A stretch of DNA of 64,000 bases from Candidatus Saccharimonadota bacterium (GTDB taxonomy: Bacteria; Patescibacteriota; Saccharimonadia; Saccharimonadales; CAIOMD01). Within the stretch, counting starts at the first letter, position 1, and every line of letters begins with the position of its first letter. Under the pieces are notes generated by a model. The model was not told the DNA's origin. It ran no database searches and was given only the letters and a program-made list of their open reading frames with translations. Location: positions 63,276 through 127,275 of the forward strand of contig DALYDK010000002.1 in the NCBI GenBank assembly GCA_031973215.1, given 5' to 3'. The position numbers and the translations under genes were made by a program. Of the stretch, positions 35,998-46,860 are shown one piece after another.

Positions 35998-37076
35998 TAG
36001 TTGCCCTTATAGTTTTGCTTACTATTTTAATAATTTTTTTGGGGATTATTATATTTCTTTTGCTACAAAGAAAAAACCCAAATAATGACAGCGCAGGACT
36101 ATTAAAGCAAGATCTAAATATAATTTCTCAAGATCTTCAAAACTTAAAAAATACCCTTAATGAAACGGTCAACGATCGATTAGATAAAAACAATGAGATA
36201 ATGCGCCAGTCGATTCAGAAACAATTTTCGGAAAGCTCAAAAATTATTAGTGAAGTCTCTAGTAGACTTACAAAACTTGACGAAACCAACAAAAGAGTTG
36301 TAGATGTCGCAGACGAACTGAAATTACTGCAAAATGTATTGCAAAACCCCAAACAAAGAGGTGGCCTAGGGGAGTACTACCTAGATACTGTTCTTGGAAA
36401 TGTCCTACCCCCAGGAGGCTATCAATTACAGTATAAGTTCAAAGATGGACAAATCGTTGATGCTATAATCCGTTTAGATAAAAACAGAATTTTGCCAATA
36501 GATAGTAAGTTCAGTTTAGAAAACTATAATAGGTTTATTGAAGAAAAAGATAAAACTAAAAAAGAATTAATTGCCAAACAGTTCAAGCTCGATCTTAAAA
36601 ATAGAATCGATGAGACCTCAAAATATATCAGGCCAAACGAGAACACTCTTGATTATGCATTTATGTTTATTCCAAGCGAAGCAATATATTATGACTTACT
36701 AGTTAATAAAGTTGGCACCGCAAATACAAGTTCTAGAGATTTACTCGAATACGCTTTTAGAGACAAAAAAGTAATCATTGTAAGCCCAACCACTCTCCTT
36801 GCATATCTACAAACTGTCGTTCAAGGACTACGCAGTTTACAAATAGAAGAACAAGCCAAAGATATTCAAAAAAGGGTCTTAGATTTATCAAAGCATATCA
36901 AATCGCACGAGACTTTTATGCAAAAGCTAGGCAATAGCCTAGGCGTAACTGTCAATCATTTTAATTCTGCACATAAAGAACTGCAAAAAATGGATAAAGA
37001 TGTAGTCAAGATTTCAGGAAGCGAGCCGGGCGTAGATCCGATTCTCCTAGACAAGCCCAGCGATCAATCTAGCTAG
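35994..37076 (+). CDS. rmuC: DNA recombination protein RmuC
   Basis: N-terminal TM, long coiled coil, and a C-terminal nuclease-like core (RGGLGEYYL..., DYAFMFIPSEAIYYDL, VIIVSPTTLLAYLQ). Confidence 0.85.
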   Translation: MIVALIVLLTILIIFLGIIIFLLLQRKNPNNDSAGLLKQDLNIISQDLQNLKNTLNETVNDRLDKNNEIMRQSIQKQFSESSKIISEVSSRLTKLDETNKRVVDVADELKLLQNVLQNPKQRGGLGEYYLDTVLGNVLPPGGYQLQYKFKDGQIVDAIIRLDKNRILPIDSKFSLENYNRFIEEKDKTKKELIAKQFKLDLKNRIDETSKYIRPNENTLDYAFMFIPSEAIYYDLLVNKVGTANTSSRDLLEYAFRDKKVIIVSPTTLLAYLQTVVQGLRSLQIEEQAKDIQKRVLDLSKHIKSHETFMQKLGNSLGVTVNHFNSAHKELQKMDKDVVKISGSEPGVDPILLDKPSDQSS

Positions 37077-38412
37077 TTTGGTATCTTTTTATTAAGTCTA
37101 ATATAAGTGCCGCAGACCAAGAAAAATCTTTTGAACCCAACCCTTTACCGGTATGAGGATTGTAATATTCCCAGATACCACTTTCTTTAGCTAGCTTTAT
37201 AGTTTTCTCAACTAATTTCATTGCAATTTCTTCATGGCCAGAGCTAAACAGGCCGTCGATTATTAGCCAATTAGTATTTATCCATGTTGGACCCTGCCAG
37301 TATCGTTCTTGATCAAATGTTCTGAAGTTTCTTGGCACACTTGGAATTGGGTATCGTAACCAAAAAGAATGATCATTTGTTAAAACCCTGACTAACTTTT
37401 CTAGCCTGCTATTATCTATTTTTCTGGAATATATTGGGAGTAAGCTGGCTACGGTTGGCGATCTCATTTTTTTTCCTGTGACAAAATCTCTCGAAAGATA
37501 CACTGCATATGTCTCATCCCACAGTTCTTCAATAGCTTCTTCGGTTTTTCTAAAGTTAGCAATAGTATTTTCGTTGATTTTGATTCTTGCTTCTTGAGCT
37601 ATTTCTTCTAATATTGAATTATTTCTAAGTAATATCGAATTAAAGCCGATATCTTCTATTGCAAAAAGTTGTCTATGCAAAATTCTGTTAATATCATAAC
37701 GCTTCTTTCTTAATCTAGTTACCGCATCCCAAAGCATTAGAGCGTCTATATTTGTCATCCGCTGCGAAGGCGATAATCTCCTGGTATCCCTCCTTGCTAC
37801 ATTGATAAATTTATCCATTTTTAAATTTTCTATAAAAGCTATCCACATCGGTCTGCTGTGCTCTCTCAGCTGATCCATCCAAGGTGGCGTATTGTCCATG
37901 CCAGTTTCATATGGATTTATAAGTATAGCCAGCCCCGTGTCGTGGGGGTCTCGCTCAGCATAAATCCATTCATGATATTTGATAAGCTTTGGCACTAGTT
38001 TGCGATATAGCTTCAAACGATCAGGCTTACTCATCTTAGACCCAACTCTCTGAAGAGCCTCTGCTATAACCGGCGGTTGGGTTATGCCTGAAGTAGCAAC
38101 CGAATCAGGTGAGTTTCTCGAAACCCATGATCTCCACGCTGTTCTATCTGCGGCATATTCCGGGCTACTATCAAAAATAATATTCGGTAGCATTCCGTTA
38201 TGCCATTGACCCTTAAACAAATTCGTCAGCTCCTCTGCTGCTCTTTTTGAGTTGTAGTGAGCAATGCCAATAGCTATAAATGCGCTATCCCAAAGCCACT
38301 GGTGAGGGTAAAGCTTGTTTGAAGGAACTGTATGAGTTACAAAATCATTACTAACTAGAATTTTTTGACACTGTTCAACTAAATCTTCGTTGGTTAATTC
38401 GTGCCCGTCCAT
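37069..38412 (-). CDS. Six-hairpin glycoside hydrolase, GH63-like, paralog 2
   Basis: 447 aa. LYPHQWLWDSAFIAIGI, ITQPPVIA, INPYETGMDNTPPW, YWQGPTWINTNWLI, WEYYNP..DFSWSAALILDL. Confidence 0.6.
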   Translation of the reverse strand: MDGHELTNEDLVEQCQKILVSNDFVTHTVPSNKLYPHQWLWDSAFIAIGIAHYNSKRAAEELTNLFKGQWHNGMLPNIIFDSSPEYAADRTAWRSWVSRNSPDSVATSGITQPPVIAEALQRVGSKMSKPDRLKLYRKLVPKLIKYHEWIYAERDPHDTGLAILINPYETGMDNTPPWMDQLREHSRPMWIAFIENLKMDKFINVARRDTRRLSPSQRMTNIDALMLWDAVTRLRKKRYDINRILHRQLFAIEDIGFNSILLRNNSILEEIAQEARIKINENTIANFRKTEEAIEELWDETYAVYLSRDFVTGKKMRSPTVASLLPIYSRKIDNSRLEKLVRVLTNDHSFWLRYPIPSVPRNFRTFDQERYWQGPTWINTNWLIIDGLFSSGHEEIAMKLVEKTIKLAKESGIWEYYNPHTGKGLGSKDFSWSAALILDLIKRYQTS

Positions 38413-38433
38413 AATTATTAGTATAGCAATTAA

Positions 38434-38931
38434 TTATCTATAATTTGTAAATGATAACGGAAATTCAAGATCTGTTTGCTTAAGCAATGAAATAATATCT
38501 TGTAGCTCATCTTTCTTACTACCAATAACTCTAATTTCATCTCCCTGAATTTGAGTGTTAACTTTTGGGAAGTCTGTTTTAATAATTTTAGTTATAATCT
38601 TTGCGTCATCCTGCTTAATACCCTTTTTGAACATTATTTTTTGCGTAATTATAAAAGAACCTGTTTCCGGTGGCGTGCTTAGATCTAGAATTTTTTGGCT
38701 TAGACCTCTTTGAGCAATTTTCTTTCTAAAAATATCAATGATTGCTTCTACCTGGAAATCATTTTCGCCTTTTACGAGTATTCCCTCTTTGTCATTAGAT
38801 ATCCATTCTAGTTTTGCTTTTGTGTTTTTTAAGTCATACCTTGATGACAGCTCTCTTTGTGTCTGATCGAAAACATTATTCATTTCGGATTTGTCAAAAT
38901 CTGAAACAATATCAAAACTAAACTTAGCCAT
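38434..38931 (-). CDS. yajQ: YajQ-family nucleotide-binding protein (UPF0234)
   Basis: MAKFSFDIVSDFDKSEMNNVFDQTQRELSSRYDLK is a typical YajQ N-terminus. 165 aa. Confidence 0.85.
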   Translation of the reverse strand: MAKFSFDIVSDFDKSEMNNVFDQTQRELSSRYDLKNTKAKLEWISNDKEGILVKGENDFQVEAIIDIFRKKIAQRGLSQKILDLSTPPETGSFIITQKIMFKKGIKQDDAKIITKIIKTDFPKVNTQIQGDEIRVIGSKKDELQDIISLLKQTDLEFPLSFTNYR

Positions 38932-39325
38932 CTAACCCCCTGTTGCTTGCATTATTTATAACTTCCCATCCCGTAGACTTCCAGCCAATTTCATCTTTTA
39001 CTAGTAGGCTAATTATATTTTTCTTTTTTAGTGTACTTTCTAAGTTTACATTTAGTGTCTTATGACTATCTGACAAAAAGGGCTTCCCTACTATCCTTCC
39101 CTTAAAAGCTCCACAGTCTAAACCCCCGCAATTTTCTTTAGCACTCTCAGTGTGAACAATCTCAACAATCTCATTCTCAAAATTCCAATCTTCGAAATAA
39201 TCTCTAACAACTGTCCGAGCAAGCCTCTCAGACCTTGATTTTTTATATGACCTATAAATTGAACCTATGAATCCGTTGTTAGCACATACCTGTTCGCTAA
39301 CTACACGCTTAGCCCTATTAAACAC
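38924..39325 (-). CDS. Hypothetical protein
   Basis: 133-aa ORF co-oriented with yajQ and overlapping it by 8 nt. No recognisable motif. Confidence 0.45.
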   Translation of the reverse strand: MFNRAKRVVSEQVCANNGFIGSIYRSYKKSRSERLARTVVRDYFEDWNFENEIVEIVHTESAKENCGGLDCGAFKGRIVGKPFLSDSHKTLNVNLESTLKKKNIISLLVKDEIGWKSTGWEVINNASNRGLDG

Positions 39326-39415
39326 ATAAATCCTTTTCTATTAAAGTAATTAATTAATAAACCTGTTGCTAATATTTGTCAAACTTGGTTGTTCATATAT
39401 ATAATTACAAGGTTA

Positions 39416-40447
39416 ATGAATGATTACACCAATGAAGAAATAAAAGTAGCCCGAGAAAAGTTACTTCAGCATGTCGAAAATAACCCATCAGATAAGTCTG
39501 TTTTAAAATCAGACATTTTTAAAGATCTCTTTAAAAAGCTTTCAAGCATTCCCAGCGACCAAAAAAAATCCTTCGGCGAACAAATTAATAATTTAAAAAA
39601 TGAAATAGCGAACAGTATTAACAGCGAAGAAGAAGTATCGAAAAAACCACCCATTGATGTAACCGCACCGTTTGATAAAAACACACCAAGACAATTAAGA
39701 CCCCAAACTTTGAACGCCGAATTTGGAACTATCCATCCACTTAATACAGAAATGTCCAAAATAATAGGAATATACAGCCGTTTAGGATTTTCAGTAGTTG
39801 AGTCTCGACAAATAGATAATGATTACAATATGTTCGAGGCCCTAAATTTTCCTGAAGGCCACCCAGCAAGAGATGATTATGACACCTTCCTTACGGATAA
39901 CGGCCTAATTGCGCCCGCTCATACCAGCACAATGCAAAATCGTATATTAAGGGCCAACAAATTCAAGCTAGAAAATGGAGAACCAATTGCTTTTGTTGTT
40001 CCTGGTCGAGTTTTCAGAAACGAAGACTTAGACGCGACTCACGAGCACACTTTCCATCAAATAGAAGGTGTATTTGTAGATAAAAAAATAAATGTCGGGA
40101 ACTTAATTGCGGTTCTGAATGAATTTATGAATAACTACTTCGGAGAAAACGTAAGCACTAAAATTCAGCCTTTTTATTTCCCCTTCACCGAGCCAAGTTT
40201 TGAATTTGCCATAGAACGACCTCAATCATTAAAAAAAGGTAACGCAGAAGCAGATAATTGGCTGGAACTACTTGGGTGTGGCATGATTCACCCTGAGGTT
40301 TTAAAGCAAGCCGAAATTGACCCGGCCATATATACCGGTTTTGCTTGGGGCGGCGGTATTGAAAGGTTGGTATTAATGAAGAATTCAATAGAAGATATTA
40401 GACACTTTGAAAGTGGTAATCTAGACTTTTTAAGGCAGTTCTCATGA
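39416..40447 (+). CDS. pheS: Phenylalanine--tRNA ligase alpha subunit
   Basis: Class II motifs: HPLN, FPEGHPARD, RVFRNEDLDATHEHTFHQIEG, GFAWGGGIERL. I chose the ATG at 39416 over the TTG at 39389. Confidence 0.92.
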   Translation: MNDYTNEEIKVAREKLLQHVENNPSDKSVLKSDIFKDLFKKLSSIPSDQKKSFGEQINNLKNEIANSINSEEEVSKKPPIDVTAPFDKNTPRQLRPQTLNAEFGTIHPLNTEMSKIIGIYSRLGFSVVESRQIDNDYNMFEALNFPEGHPARDDYDTFLTDNGLIAPAHTSTMQNRILRANKFKLENGEPIAFVVPGRVFRNEDLDATHEHTFHQIEGVFVDKKINVGNLIAVLNEFMNNYFGENVSTKIQPFYFPFTEPSFEFAIERPQSLKKGNAEADNWLELLGCGMIHPEVLKQAEIDPAIYTGFAWGGGIERLVLMKNSIEDIRHFESGNLDFLRQFS

Positions 40448-42930
40448 AGTTAAGTGTTAATGATACTAACCAGTTTACCCAGGAAAGCATCTTGAAAGAT
40501 GGTTTAGACTTCTTAACCAAAAAAATTGGTACTCAATTAGGGGCCATAGAAGATATAGAAAACCTTGCGCCAAAATATAAAGATGCAATTATCGCTAAGG
40601 TGATTGACTGTAACAAACATCCGAACGCTGACAAATTATCAGTGTGCAAGCTAGATGACGGTAATAAAATTAAAGACATACCAAGAGATGCCAACAACTT
40701 AATTACCGTAGTTTGTGGCGCAAATAATGTAGGCAAAAACCAATTGGTTGTTTGGCTACCACCAAATTCAGTCGTACCTTCAACCTACAAGAAGGACGAG
40801 TTTACTCTAAGCTCACGAGACCTAAGAGGAATAACAAGTTATGGGATGATTGCCTCGCCAGAAGAACTTGATTTAAACTTCTCAAATGGAGGCATTCTAA
40901 TCCTAGAAGAAGGAACTCCAGGTCAGTACTTTAGCGAAGTTTACAACTTAGACGATATAGCAATTGAGCTAGAGAATAAAATGTTCACTCACCGACCAGA
41001 CTGTTTTGGGGTTATTGGAGTTGCTAGAGAAATTTCAGCAATAATGGGCCAAAAGTTTAGCAGTCCAGAATGGTACATTAATGATTCAAAAGTAGAACCA
41101 ACCGAAGAGAGCCTTCCACTTTCAATTAGTGTTACCACCAACAATGTCAACAGATTATCGGTAGTTGCAATGAAAAATATTTCAGTTAGTGATTCGCCGA
41201 TCTTTATTAAATCTAGTCTAATTAAAGCCGGCATAAAGCCCATAAACTCAGTTGTAGATATCTCAAACTACCTTATGCTTATGACCGCTCAGCCAATACA
41301 CATATACGATTACGACAAAGTTGCCAAATTATCTGGGTCTAGCGGAGTTGTATTGAATGCTAGAGATTCTGTTTCCTCAGAAATAATAAAACTACTAAAC
41401 GGCAAAGAATTAAGCCTTAGTGATGGTGCTGTAGTTATTGCCACCGATGAAAAACCCATAGGGCTTGGTGGAATAATGGGTGGTTCTGAGACAGAAGTCG
41501 ATGAAAATACTAATAATATTATTATCGAGGTTGCTAATTTTGATATGTACAATATTCGCAGATCTTCAATGAAATATGGATTATTTACCGATGCAGTAAC
41601 TAGAAATACAAAAAGACAGAGCCCTTTGCAAACACTAGTAGTCCTAAAACAAACAGTTCGCATGCTTCAAGAACTGTGTGGAGGAATAGTTGCTGGGCAA
41701 ATTTTAGACTATCAATCAAAAGATGTCGTTAAAAATCATCCAATTTACATTAACAGCGATTTCATCAATGAAAGATTAGGCTCAAACCTAGATAATCAAT
41801 CAATATCAGAACTCTTAAGACTTACCGAATTCCAAATTGCACAAAAAGAAGATGAACTTATTATTACTCCCCCATTCTGGCGGACTGATATCAATCTTAA
41901 AGAAGATATTGTCGAAGAAATAGGCAGGCTGCACGGATTTAATAATCTTCCAGTTTCTCTACCAACCACTAAAACAACCATTTCCAAAATAGATGATCAA
42001 ATCAGTACCAATCAACTAATTAGAAATCAACTAGCAGCGTTTGGTGCTAACGAATTATTAACTTACAATTTTGTTAACGAGAAACTCTTACAATCTTCAC
42101 ATCAGCCAGTTAACGAAGCCATAAAAATTGCTAATGCCTTAAGCCCAAATCTTGAATATTATCGACTGTCCCTAACGCCGAACCTGCTTGAAAAAGTACA
42201 TATCAACCAAAAAGCAGGTTATGAAGAATTTGCAATTTTCGAGATTGGCAAAAGCCATTCGATTAAAACCTTGGATCAAGAAAATTTGCCTAAAGAAAAA
42301 ACCTCAGTTGCCCTAGTATATGCAGCTAACAAATCTATGTCAGAACATAAAAGCGGAGCCCCATTTTTTGTGGCTAAAAAATATCTTACCGTGCTGGCAG
42401 AAAAACTTGGCTTAGATTTAAGCTACCGCGAGATGCTAGATTCGGATACAAACCCAGTATTCGGTCCATTTATTCATGACAGAAGCGCAGTAGTGTTACT
42501 AGGTGAAACAATAATTGGAGTAGTGGGTGAATACAAACCTTCTGTTATCCAAAATTTTAAGCTACCGCAGTTTTGCGCTGGTTTCGAAATAAATATAGAA
42601 GATCTTCATAATTATATGAATTCAATTAGATATAAAGTTAGGTCTAAGTTTCCAATTGTCAAACAAGATATTACAATTAGTTACCCAGAAAATACTTCAT
42701 ATCAGACTGTTGAACAGTCATTAAAGAAATCTTTAGACACCCAGACAACTGAAGACCTCGCAATTGATTATATATGTTCTGACATATACCAGAGTAATAA
42801 TAAAATTAACTACACTTTTTCACTTAAATACCAAAATAACGCAAGAACTCAGACAGTAAAAGAAATAAATGCAATAACTGAAAAAATTACTGAAAATATT
42901 GAAAAAATATCTGGCGGAAAACAAATATAA
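40444..42930 (+). CDS. pheT: Phenylalanine--tRNA ligase beta subunit
   Basis: 828 aa. tRNA-binding domain (HPNADKLSVCKLDDG), B3/4 and B5 domains (WRTDINLKEDIVEEIGRLHGFNNLP). ATGA overlap with pheS. Confidence 0.92.
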   Translation: MKLSVNDTNQFTQESILKDGLDFLTKKIGTQLGAIEDIENLAPKYKDAIIAKVIDCNKHPNADKLSVCKLDDGNKIKDIPRDANNLITVVCGANNVGKNQLVVWLPPNSVVPSTYKKDEFTLSSRDLRGITSYGMIASPEELDLNFSNGGILILEEGTPGQYFSEVYNLDDIAIELENKMFTHRPDCFGVIGVAREISAIMGQKFSSPEWYINDSKVEPTEESLPLSISVTTNNVNRLSVVAMKNISVSDSPIFIKSSLIKAGIKPINSVVDISNYLMLMTAQPIHIYDYDKVAKLSGSSGVVLNARDSVSSEIIKLLNGKELSLSDGAVVIATDEKPIGLGGIMGGSETEVDENTNNIIIEVANFDMYNIRRSSMKYGLFTDAVTRNTKRQSPLQTLVVLKQTVRMLQELCGGIVAGQILDYQSKDVVKNHPIYINSDFINERLGSNLDNQSISELLRLTEFQIAQKEDELIITPPFWRTDINLKEDIVEEIGRLHGFNNLPVSLPTTKTTISKIDDQISTNQLIRNQLAAFGANELLTYNFVNEKLLQSSHQPVNEAIKIANALSPNLEYYRLSLTPNLLEKVHINQKAGYEEFAIFEIGKSHSIKTLDQENLPKEKTSVALVYAANKSMSEHKSGAPFFVAKKYLTVLAEKLGLDLSYREMLDSDTNPVFGPFIHDRSAVVLLGETIIGVVGEYKPSVIQNFKLPQFCAGFEINIEDLHNYMNSIRYKVRSKFPIVKQDITISYPENTSYQTVEQSLKKSLDTQTTEDLAIDYICSDIYQSNNKINYTFSLKYQNNARTQTVKEINAITEKITENIEKISGGKQI

Positions 42931-42989
42931 ATTCTGTTTTAAGTAGATAGTTAATGCTATAATTTATCTTAATAAACCAAGGAGGAAAA

Positions 42990-43397
42990 ATGAAGGGACC
43001 AGTTGATTTTATTATTGTCGGCTTCGATGGCAATAACTTTAATGGTAGTATCTTGAAGGAGCTTCAAGACTCTGTAGAAAAAGGTATTATAAATGTTATT
43101 TCGCTAGCTGTGGTAGCTAAGGACTCAGAGGGAAATTTATCAAGACTGAACGCATCCGATAATTTTGCCCAATTTGATTTTCTTTCTTCTGCACTCGCGA
43201 ACGAACATTTAGTTAACGAAGATGATATCGATGAAGTCGGGGAACTTCTCGATAATAATAGCGCTGCAGGCGTTTTAATTCTTGAACATTTATGGGCAAA
43301 AGGTCTTAAACAAGCCATAATAGATGCAAATGGGTACCTTATAGCAGAAGGTAGACTAAGAAGTGAAGTTATAAATGAACTAGAAGGAGAGCAATAA
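42990..43397 (+). CDS. DUF6325/DUF1269-like small soluble protein
   Basis: 135 aa. AAGGAGG RBS. MKGPVDFIIVGFDGNNFNGSILKEL...; family recalled only approximately. Confidence 0.5.
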   Translation: MKGPVDFIIVGFDGNNFNGSILKELQDSVEKGIINVISLAVVAKDSEGNLSRLNASDNFAQFDFLSSALANEHLVNEDDIDEVGELLDNNSAAGVLILEHLWAKGLKQAIIDANGYLIAEGRLRSEVINELEGEQ

Positions 43398-43654
43398 TGC
43401 CAGGATTATTAAGAGGAATGGCTAGAACTGCTGTAATAGCAGGCACAGCAACAGCGGTTTCTAACAACGTAAGTCGAAGACAAGCAACTAGATGGGCGCA
43501 ACAAGATCAGCAAGATTACCAGCAGCCTCAGCCTCAACCTGCCCCACAAGATGACATGACTGCTCAGCTAGAACAATTGGCTAACCTAAAAAGTCAGGGA
43601 ATAATTACCCAAGAAGAATTCGACGCAAAGAAAAAACAGATTCTAGGTATTTAG
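43397..43654 (+). CDS. SHOCT-domain protein
   Basis: 85 aa. C-terminal LEQLANLKSQGIITQEEFDAKKKQILG matches the SHOCT pattern. Gln/Pro-rich middle. Confidence 0.7.
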   Translation: MPGLLRGMARTAVIAGTATAVSNNVSRRQATRWAQQDQQDYQQPQPQPAPQDDMTAQLEQLANLKSQGIITQEEFDAKKKQILGI

Positions 43655-43837
43655 ATGCAGTTTTTTGGTTTATTCACTCTTATAGTATTACCCCTATTTT
43701 TGTGGGTCTGCATAAGAATGATAAGAAATAACGACAGCCTAAAAGGTAGTGGAATAGGAATTTTTCTGGAAATTCTATTTTCAGTTTTTATAGTTTTGAC
43801 TGTTGTCGGAATATCAGTATTACTTTTTAATCTCTAA
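43655..43837 (+). CDS. Small two-TM hypothetical protein
   Basis: 60-aa ORF immediately following the SHOCT gene stop. Two hydrophobic helices. Confidence 0.4.
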   Translation: MQFFGLFTLIVLPLFLWVCIRMIRNNDSLKGSGIGIFLEILFSVFIVLTVVGISVLLFNL

Positions 43838-43853
43838 AGAAGGATTGGTTTAT

Positions 43854-44318
43854 ATGGAAAATAGTTTGCAAAAAGAAATAAAAGTGCCTGGCTATTTAAA
43901 ATTTGGAAAAGTTGTCAGCATACTATTATATATTTGGGTTATATTTGGCGTAATTGTACTAGGGCTGCGAGTCTTCTTATTGGCGTTCTCGGCCAATGCG
44001 GCCACTCCATTTGTTCAGTATATTTACAAAACTAGCGCTGATTACTTAGCCCCGTTCAGAGGTATATTCCCCTCTAAACCGGTCGGAGAAACTGGGTATC
44101 TTGATGTAGCATCAATATTTGCTATTATTATGTACCTATTATTTGCTTGGCTTGTATCAGCAGGAATTAATTATATACAAGCAAAGATAGATTTAATTAA
44201 GGAACAAGAGTCTGAGCGTAAAAAGAAAGTCGAAGAGCTAGAAGAGCTCGAGCTGCTTAAGCAAAATAGACAGAATAATCATAGTAAAAATATTAATGCC
44301 AACAATTCAACAAAATAG
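43854..44318 (+). CDS. YggT-like membrane protein
   Basis: ATG at 43854 after AAGGA. PFVQYIYKTSADYLAPFRGIFP resembles the YggT motif. Two to three TM and a charged C-terminal tail. Confidence 0.5.
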   Translation: MENSLQKEIKVPGYLKFGKVVSILLYIWVIFGVIVLGLRVFLLAFSANAATPFVQYIYKTSADYLAPFRGIFPSKPVGETGYLDVASIFAIIMYLLFAWLVSAGINYIQAKIDLIKEQESERKKKVEELEELELLKQNRQNNHSKNINANNSTK

Positions 44319-45396
44319 TTTTCAAACCACTCTAAAAAATCATCAAGCTTCTATAAATAAATTCTTAGAAGATTATTTCGAAAATATTTCTAAATCTTTT
44401 TCAGAAAAGTACGGTGATCATTCAAGCCAAAGCTTTTCTGAGCTAATATCTGTATCTTTGCGGGGCGGAAAAAGAATCAGGGGTTCGCTTGTTCTAGAAT
44501 CCTATAAATTACACGGTGGCCAAGACTTTGAAACGGCAGTAAGATTGGCGTCAGCCATCGAGATAATACACGCCTATTTGCTAATTGTAGATGACTTCTG
44601 CGACGAATCTGAAACACGCAGAGGGCTTCCCTCTGCCAATAAAGCAATTGCAAGTATACACAAATCAAATGGCTGGAAAGGAAACTCGGTACATTTCGGC
44701 GATTCCATTGCGGTAAATGTAGCATTAATTGGCAAAGAACTTGCCACAAACCTGATCTTAAGTCTGCCAATAGAAGCATCCAAGAAAATAAATATTCTAG
44801 ATAACCTAACGGCAAGCTTAATCATAACCGGTCATGGCCAGATTAATGATATATATAATGAAGTGTTGCCAGAAGTTTCTGACGAAATGATCAACAACGT
44901 GCTTAGTTGGAAAACGGGCTACTATTCCTTTTTTAATCCTATTGAAGTTGGAGCAATATTGGCCAGCCAAAACTATGTAGCAAACCCCTCCCTAGTTAAA
45001 TATTCAATTGCGCTTGGCAATGCCTTTCAAATAAAAGACGATGTCATTGGGATTTTTGGTGATAATACGAAAACAGGAAAATCAAACCTAGACGATATAA
45101 AAGAGGGTAAAATGACTATCCTGTACAAAAAAGGCATAGAATTATCTACTGAAAAAGATAGTTTATATCTTAAAAAAATGCTTGGTAACCAAAAAATTAC
45201 TAACAAAGAGCTAACTAATATAAGGGCGATACTTATTGAGTGTGGTGCATATTCGGCAGTTAACAAAATAATTAATAATAATATTAAATTAGCCACACAA
45301 AGCTTGGATGCAATAAAGAAAAATAAAAATATTAATAATGAATCACTTAATTTCTTCTATGATCTAAGCGTTTTAATTGCAAATAGGGAAAGCTAA
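44296..45396 (+). CDS. crtE: Polyprenyl (geranylgeranyl/farnesyl) diphosphate synthase
   Basis: First Asp-rich motif LLIVDDFCDESETRRG. Second motif FQIKDDVIGIFG, then KTGKSNLDDIKEGK. Lies at the head of the crtI-crtB cluster. Confidence 0.75.
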   Translation: MPTIQQNSFQTTLKNHQASINKFLEDYFENISKSFSEKYGDHSSQSFSELISVSLRGGKRIRGSLVLESYKLHGGQDFETAVRLASAIEIIHAYLLIVDDFCDESETRRGLPSANKAIASIHKSNGWKGNSVHFGDSIAVNVALIGKELATNLILSLPIEASKKINILDNLTASLIITGHGQINDIYNEVLPEVSDEMINNVLSWKTGYYSFFNPIEVGAILASQNYVANPSLVKYSIALGNAFQIKDDVIGIFGDNTKTGKSNLDDIKEGKMTILYKKGIELSTEKDSLYLKKMLGNQKITNKELTNIRAILIECGAYSAVNKIINNNIKLATQSLDAIKKNKNINNESLNFFYDLSVLIANRES

Positions 45397-45399
45397 ATC

Positions 45400-46860
45400 A
45401 TGAAGATAGTTGTTATTGGGGCTGGTTTTGGTGGCTTAGCTACGGCAGCCCTATTGGCAAAAGAAGGCCACAAAGTTACCCTACTTGAAAAAAATAATTA
45501 TCTTGGTGGTCGGGCAAAAGTTACAAAAACCAAAGGATATACCTTTGATATGGGACCTTCATGGTATATGATGCCTGATTTGTTTGAAAGATATTTCAAG
45601 CTATTTAATAAAAAACCTTCAGACTATTACAAGATCAAGAGACTAGAGCCATCATACGAAGTTTTTGCTAAAGACAAAAGTCTAATTATGGGCGATTACA
45701 AGCAAAGCAAAAAAAGCTTCGCTAACCTAAACAAAAATGACGCTAGTAAATTAAGACCATACTTATTGAACGGCAAAAATAAGTATGAGTTTGCCAAAAA
45801 ATACTATCTTTTCAATAACTATAGCAATATTTCAAAACTTCCCTTTCAATCTCTCCCCGCATTGGTAGCTCAGAACCCTCTTGTTAGTTATGACTCGTTT
45901 GTTAATAAATACTTTGAAGATTCCTTAATTAGACATGCTATGAAATTTATGACTGTTTTTCTGGGAGGTTCTCCTAAATCTATTTCGTCTTTATATAGCC
46001 TCCTTGGATACGCAGACGTGGACTTAGGCATTTGGTATCCAGTCGGAGGATTTGGAAGTGTTGTTAAAGGTTTTGAAAAACTAAATAATGAGTACGGTGT
46101 AGAAATAAAAAAACAACATCCTGTAGAAAAAATGATAATCAAAGATGGCAACGTTAAAGGAGTGAAAGCAAATAATAAAATATTTGACGCAGATATTGTT
46201 ATATCTAATGCAGATTATTACTTTACAGAAAAGTATCTAATTCACAATCAACAGTATAAATCCTATAGTTCTAAATATTGGAAAAAGCTGTCTATGTCAC
46301 CCTCTGCTATATTAATTTTCTTAGGTGTAAATAAACAAATACCAGGCCTAAAACATCATAGTTTATTTTTTGATTCTAACTGGGAGGAGCACTTTAAGAG
46401 TATTGAAGAAAAGACTATATTAACTGATCCTTTATTTTATGTAAGTACACCCAGCAAAAGCGACAATACTGTAAGCCCAAAGAACAAAGAAAATATATTT
46501 ATTTTAATACCTACCCCAAGCGGGATTAAGCCAACTACAGATCAGATAAATAGGATTTATAATAATGTAATTTCCCGAATGGAAAATAAGCTAAATACAA
46601 AAATTAATGACTATATAGAAGTGAAAATTATTAAGGACATGTCCTATTTTGAAGAAGAATTTAATAGTTACCAAGGAAGTAGCTTCGGCGCTAGCCATAC
46701 AACTGCTCAGTCTGCAATTTTAAGGCCAAGGCTGAAAAGCAAAAAAGTTAAAGGTCTGTACTATGTGGGACAATATACCAATCCCGGTACAGGAGTTCCT
46801 TTGGTAATATCTTCTGCTGAACTAATTAGAGACTATATCAATGAAGATTACCGAAAATAA
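45400..46860 (+). CDS. crtI: Phytoene (or diapophytoene) desaturase, CrtI/CrtN family
   Basis: [39 protein letters not shown] dinucleotide fold. C-terminal [16 protein letters not shown]. Confidence 0.85.
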   Translation: MKIVVIGAGFGGLATAALLAKEGHKVTLLEKNNYLGGRAKVTKTKGYTFDMGPSWYMMPDLFERYFKLFNKKPSDYYKIKRLEPSYEVFAKDKSLIMGDYKQSKKSFANLNKNDASKLRPYLLNGKNKYEFAKKYYLFNNYSNISKLPFQSLPALVAQNPLVSYDSFVNKYFEDSLIRHAMKFMTVFLGGSPKSISSLYSLLGYADVDLGIWYPVGGFGSVVKGFEKLNNEYGVEIKKQHPVEKMIIKDGNVKGVKANNKIFDADIVISNADYYFTEKYLIHNQQYKSYSSKYWKKLSMSPSAILIFLGVNKQIPGLKHHSLFFDSNWEEHFKSIEEKTILTDPLFYVSTPSKSDNTVSPKNKENIFILIPTPSGIKPTTDQINRIYNNVISRMENKLNTKINDYIEVKIIKDMSYFEEEFNSYQGSSFGASHTTAQSAILRPRLKSKKVKGLYYVGQYTNPGTGVPLVISSAELIRDYINEDYRK

